DNA from: an uncultured Bacteroidaceae bacterium
Lineage (GTDB): Bacteria; Bacteroidota; Bacteroidia; Bacteroidales; Bacteroidaceae
Direction: 5' to 3'
Assembly (NCBI GenBank): GCA_964439955.1
Contig: CAYTPX010000001.1
Span: forward strand, 41,334-105,333
DNA length: 64,000 nt
Translations under genes and position numbers: made by a program
In this document: positions 62,827-64,000 of the stretch, one piece after another
How the letters are laid out: the number at the start of each line of letters is the position of its first letter
Numbering within the stretch: the stretch's first letter is position 1
Notes under the pieces: model-generated
Seen by the model: the letters and a program-made list of their open reading frames with translations, nothing else
Told to the model about the DNA's origin: nothing
The model's database searches: none

Positions 62827-64000
62827 ATGCTCACCGTCTACTCCCGTTCCCACACCCCGCGCTTGAGTTACGTCCTGCGCTTCTTCCTCGATTCGGAAGA
62901 GTTCCGCGTCACCGACTCGCCCGAAGCATACCTTGCCGCCGAACGGCCCGCCATCTGCTACGACAAGAAGCCCCTCGGGCGCGGCGTACACATAGCCCCC
63001 TGCGGCCTCCTCGAAGGGCACACGCCCCACATACCCCGCCCTTCCGTGGGAAAAGACGCGGGGGGGAATCCCGTATTATACCCCGATACCTTGTCCGACA
63101 TGGGCTTCGACCCCCTGGGCGCGGCGTTCTACCTGCTCGCCCGCTGCGAGGAATACGCCTCCAAGGACTTAGACCAGCACAAGAGATACCTGCCCGAAAG
63201 TTCCGTCCTCCACGCAATGGGCTGCCTCGGACGCCCCCTCGTCGACGAATGGGGCCTGCGGCTCCGCCGCCTCATCCGCGCCGCCTGCCCGGGCGCGCTG
63301 CCCCGCGAACGGCAAGGGCGCGTGGTGCTCACCCACGACATCGACCTCCCTTTCCGCTACCGTGCCCGCGGGCCTATCCACAGCACGGGAGCCTTGTTGC
63401 GCGACCTGCTCGCCCGCCGCGACCCGGCCGAAGCGCTCCGCAGGCTGAAATGCATGCTCCACCTCGACCCCGACCCGTACTTCAACCTCGAAGCCTTGGC
63501 GCAAGCCGGGAAAGACGCAGGCCTGGAACCCCTGTTCTTCATACACTGCGGCCCATGCAGCCGCCACGACCGGAAAGACCGCATGCCCTCACGCCGCTAC
63601 GCGCGCCTCCTCAGGGAAATGGCACAAGGGGGATGCCTCATCGGGCTGCACCCGTCCTACGAGACATGGAACGACCCCCAAAAAACCGCAGCCGAAAAGA
63701 AGAAACTGGAAAAGCGCATCCGGCAAGAGGTATGCGCCTCGCGCCAACACTTCCTGCGCTTCCGGATTCCCTATACGCCCCGCGCCCTGCTCCAGTGCGG
63801 CCTGACCGACGACTACTCCCTAGGCTACTCCACAAAGCCCGGCTTCCGCGCGGGGACCGCCCGCCCTTTCCCCTATTTCGACCTCGGGTTCAACGTGGGG
63901 ACGGAGCTGGTCCTCCACCCTCTCACGGCAATGGACCTCACCCTGCGGCGGGACTTGCACCTCTCCGCCAGCGAGAGCGCAGAAAAGATGCTCGGCCTAG
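62827..64000 (+). CDS. polysaccharide deacetylase-like protein (N-terminal DUF7033-like region), C-terminus beyond window
   Basis: Absent from ORF track (no stop in window). Codon-by-codon check from ATG 62827 over the first ~100 codons found no stop; the rest is taken as open because the track lists no + strand ORF here. MLTVYSRSHTPRLSYVLRFFLDSEEF...DMGFDPLGAAFYLLARCEEY...VVLTHDIDLPF...IGLHPSYETW...SRQHFLRF; family name from memory. Confidence 0.7.
   Translation, partial: MLTVYSRSHTPRLSYVLRFFLDSEEFRVTDSPEAYLAAERPAICYDKKPLGRGVHIAPCGLLEGHTPHIPRPSVGKDAGGNPVLYPDTLSDMGFDPLGAAFYLLARCEEYASKDLDQHKRYLPESSVLHAMGCLGRPLVDEWGLRLRRLIRAACPGALPRERQGRVVLTHDIDLPFRYRARGPIHSTGALLRDLLARRDPAEALRRLKCMLHLDPDPYFNLEALAQAGKDAGLEPLFFIHCGPCSRHDRKDRMPSRRYARLLREMAQGGCLIGLHPSYETWNDPQKTAAEKKKLEKRIRQEVCASRQHFLRFRIPYTPRALLQCGLTDDYSLGYSTKPGFRAGTARPFPYFDLGFNVGTELVLHPLTAMDLTLRRDLHLSASESAEKMLGL

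Overview
This is a 64-kb chromosomal segment of a high-GC Bacteroidota genome. Hand-counted 60-nt lines in core genes give about 60-73% GC. An order/family guess of Bacteroidales, Rikenellaceae/Alistipes-like, is inference only. The phylum call rests on four things: TAnnTTTG -7 promoter boxes in front of most operons, the skp-skp-bamA-uppS-DUF6089 block, the purH-mreBCD-mrdA-rodA block, and a GH3-family gene plus an M64 peptidase. I support 53 protein-coding genes (two are cut by the window edges and are absent from the ORF track), 2 tRNA-Leu genes, a programmed +1 frameshift in prfB, and several hairpin terminators and promoter boxes. Almost all genes are housekeeping: cell envelope and shape, translation, DNA repair (mutS, ruvB, dinB, recX), central metabolism (korAB, pckA, argH, pyrE, ribD, folA), dTDP-sugar synthesis and a few glycoside hydrolases. 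Many long ORFs in the track are antisense shadow ORFs or N-terminal over-extensions into repeat-filled spacers. These were trimmed or rejected. Two things stand out. (1) The only accessory-looking insertion lies between ychF and murI. It is an N6-adenine-type DNA methyltransferase co-oriented with a DUF262 (ParB/Srx-like)-HNH nuclease. It shows intragenic GC mosaicism, a ~180-nt triple-hairpin leader and short flanking direct repeats, and carries no mobility genes. I read it as a candidate atypical restriction-modification or defence module. (2) A pervasive family of short GGAAA...TTTCC palindromic modules fills at least 22 intergenic spacers, about one locus per 3 kb. The modules form perfect hairpins at gene ends and appear in-frame inside prmC and ribD, and possibly comF. 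I saw no CRISPR array, rRNA, prophage, transposase or integrase.
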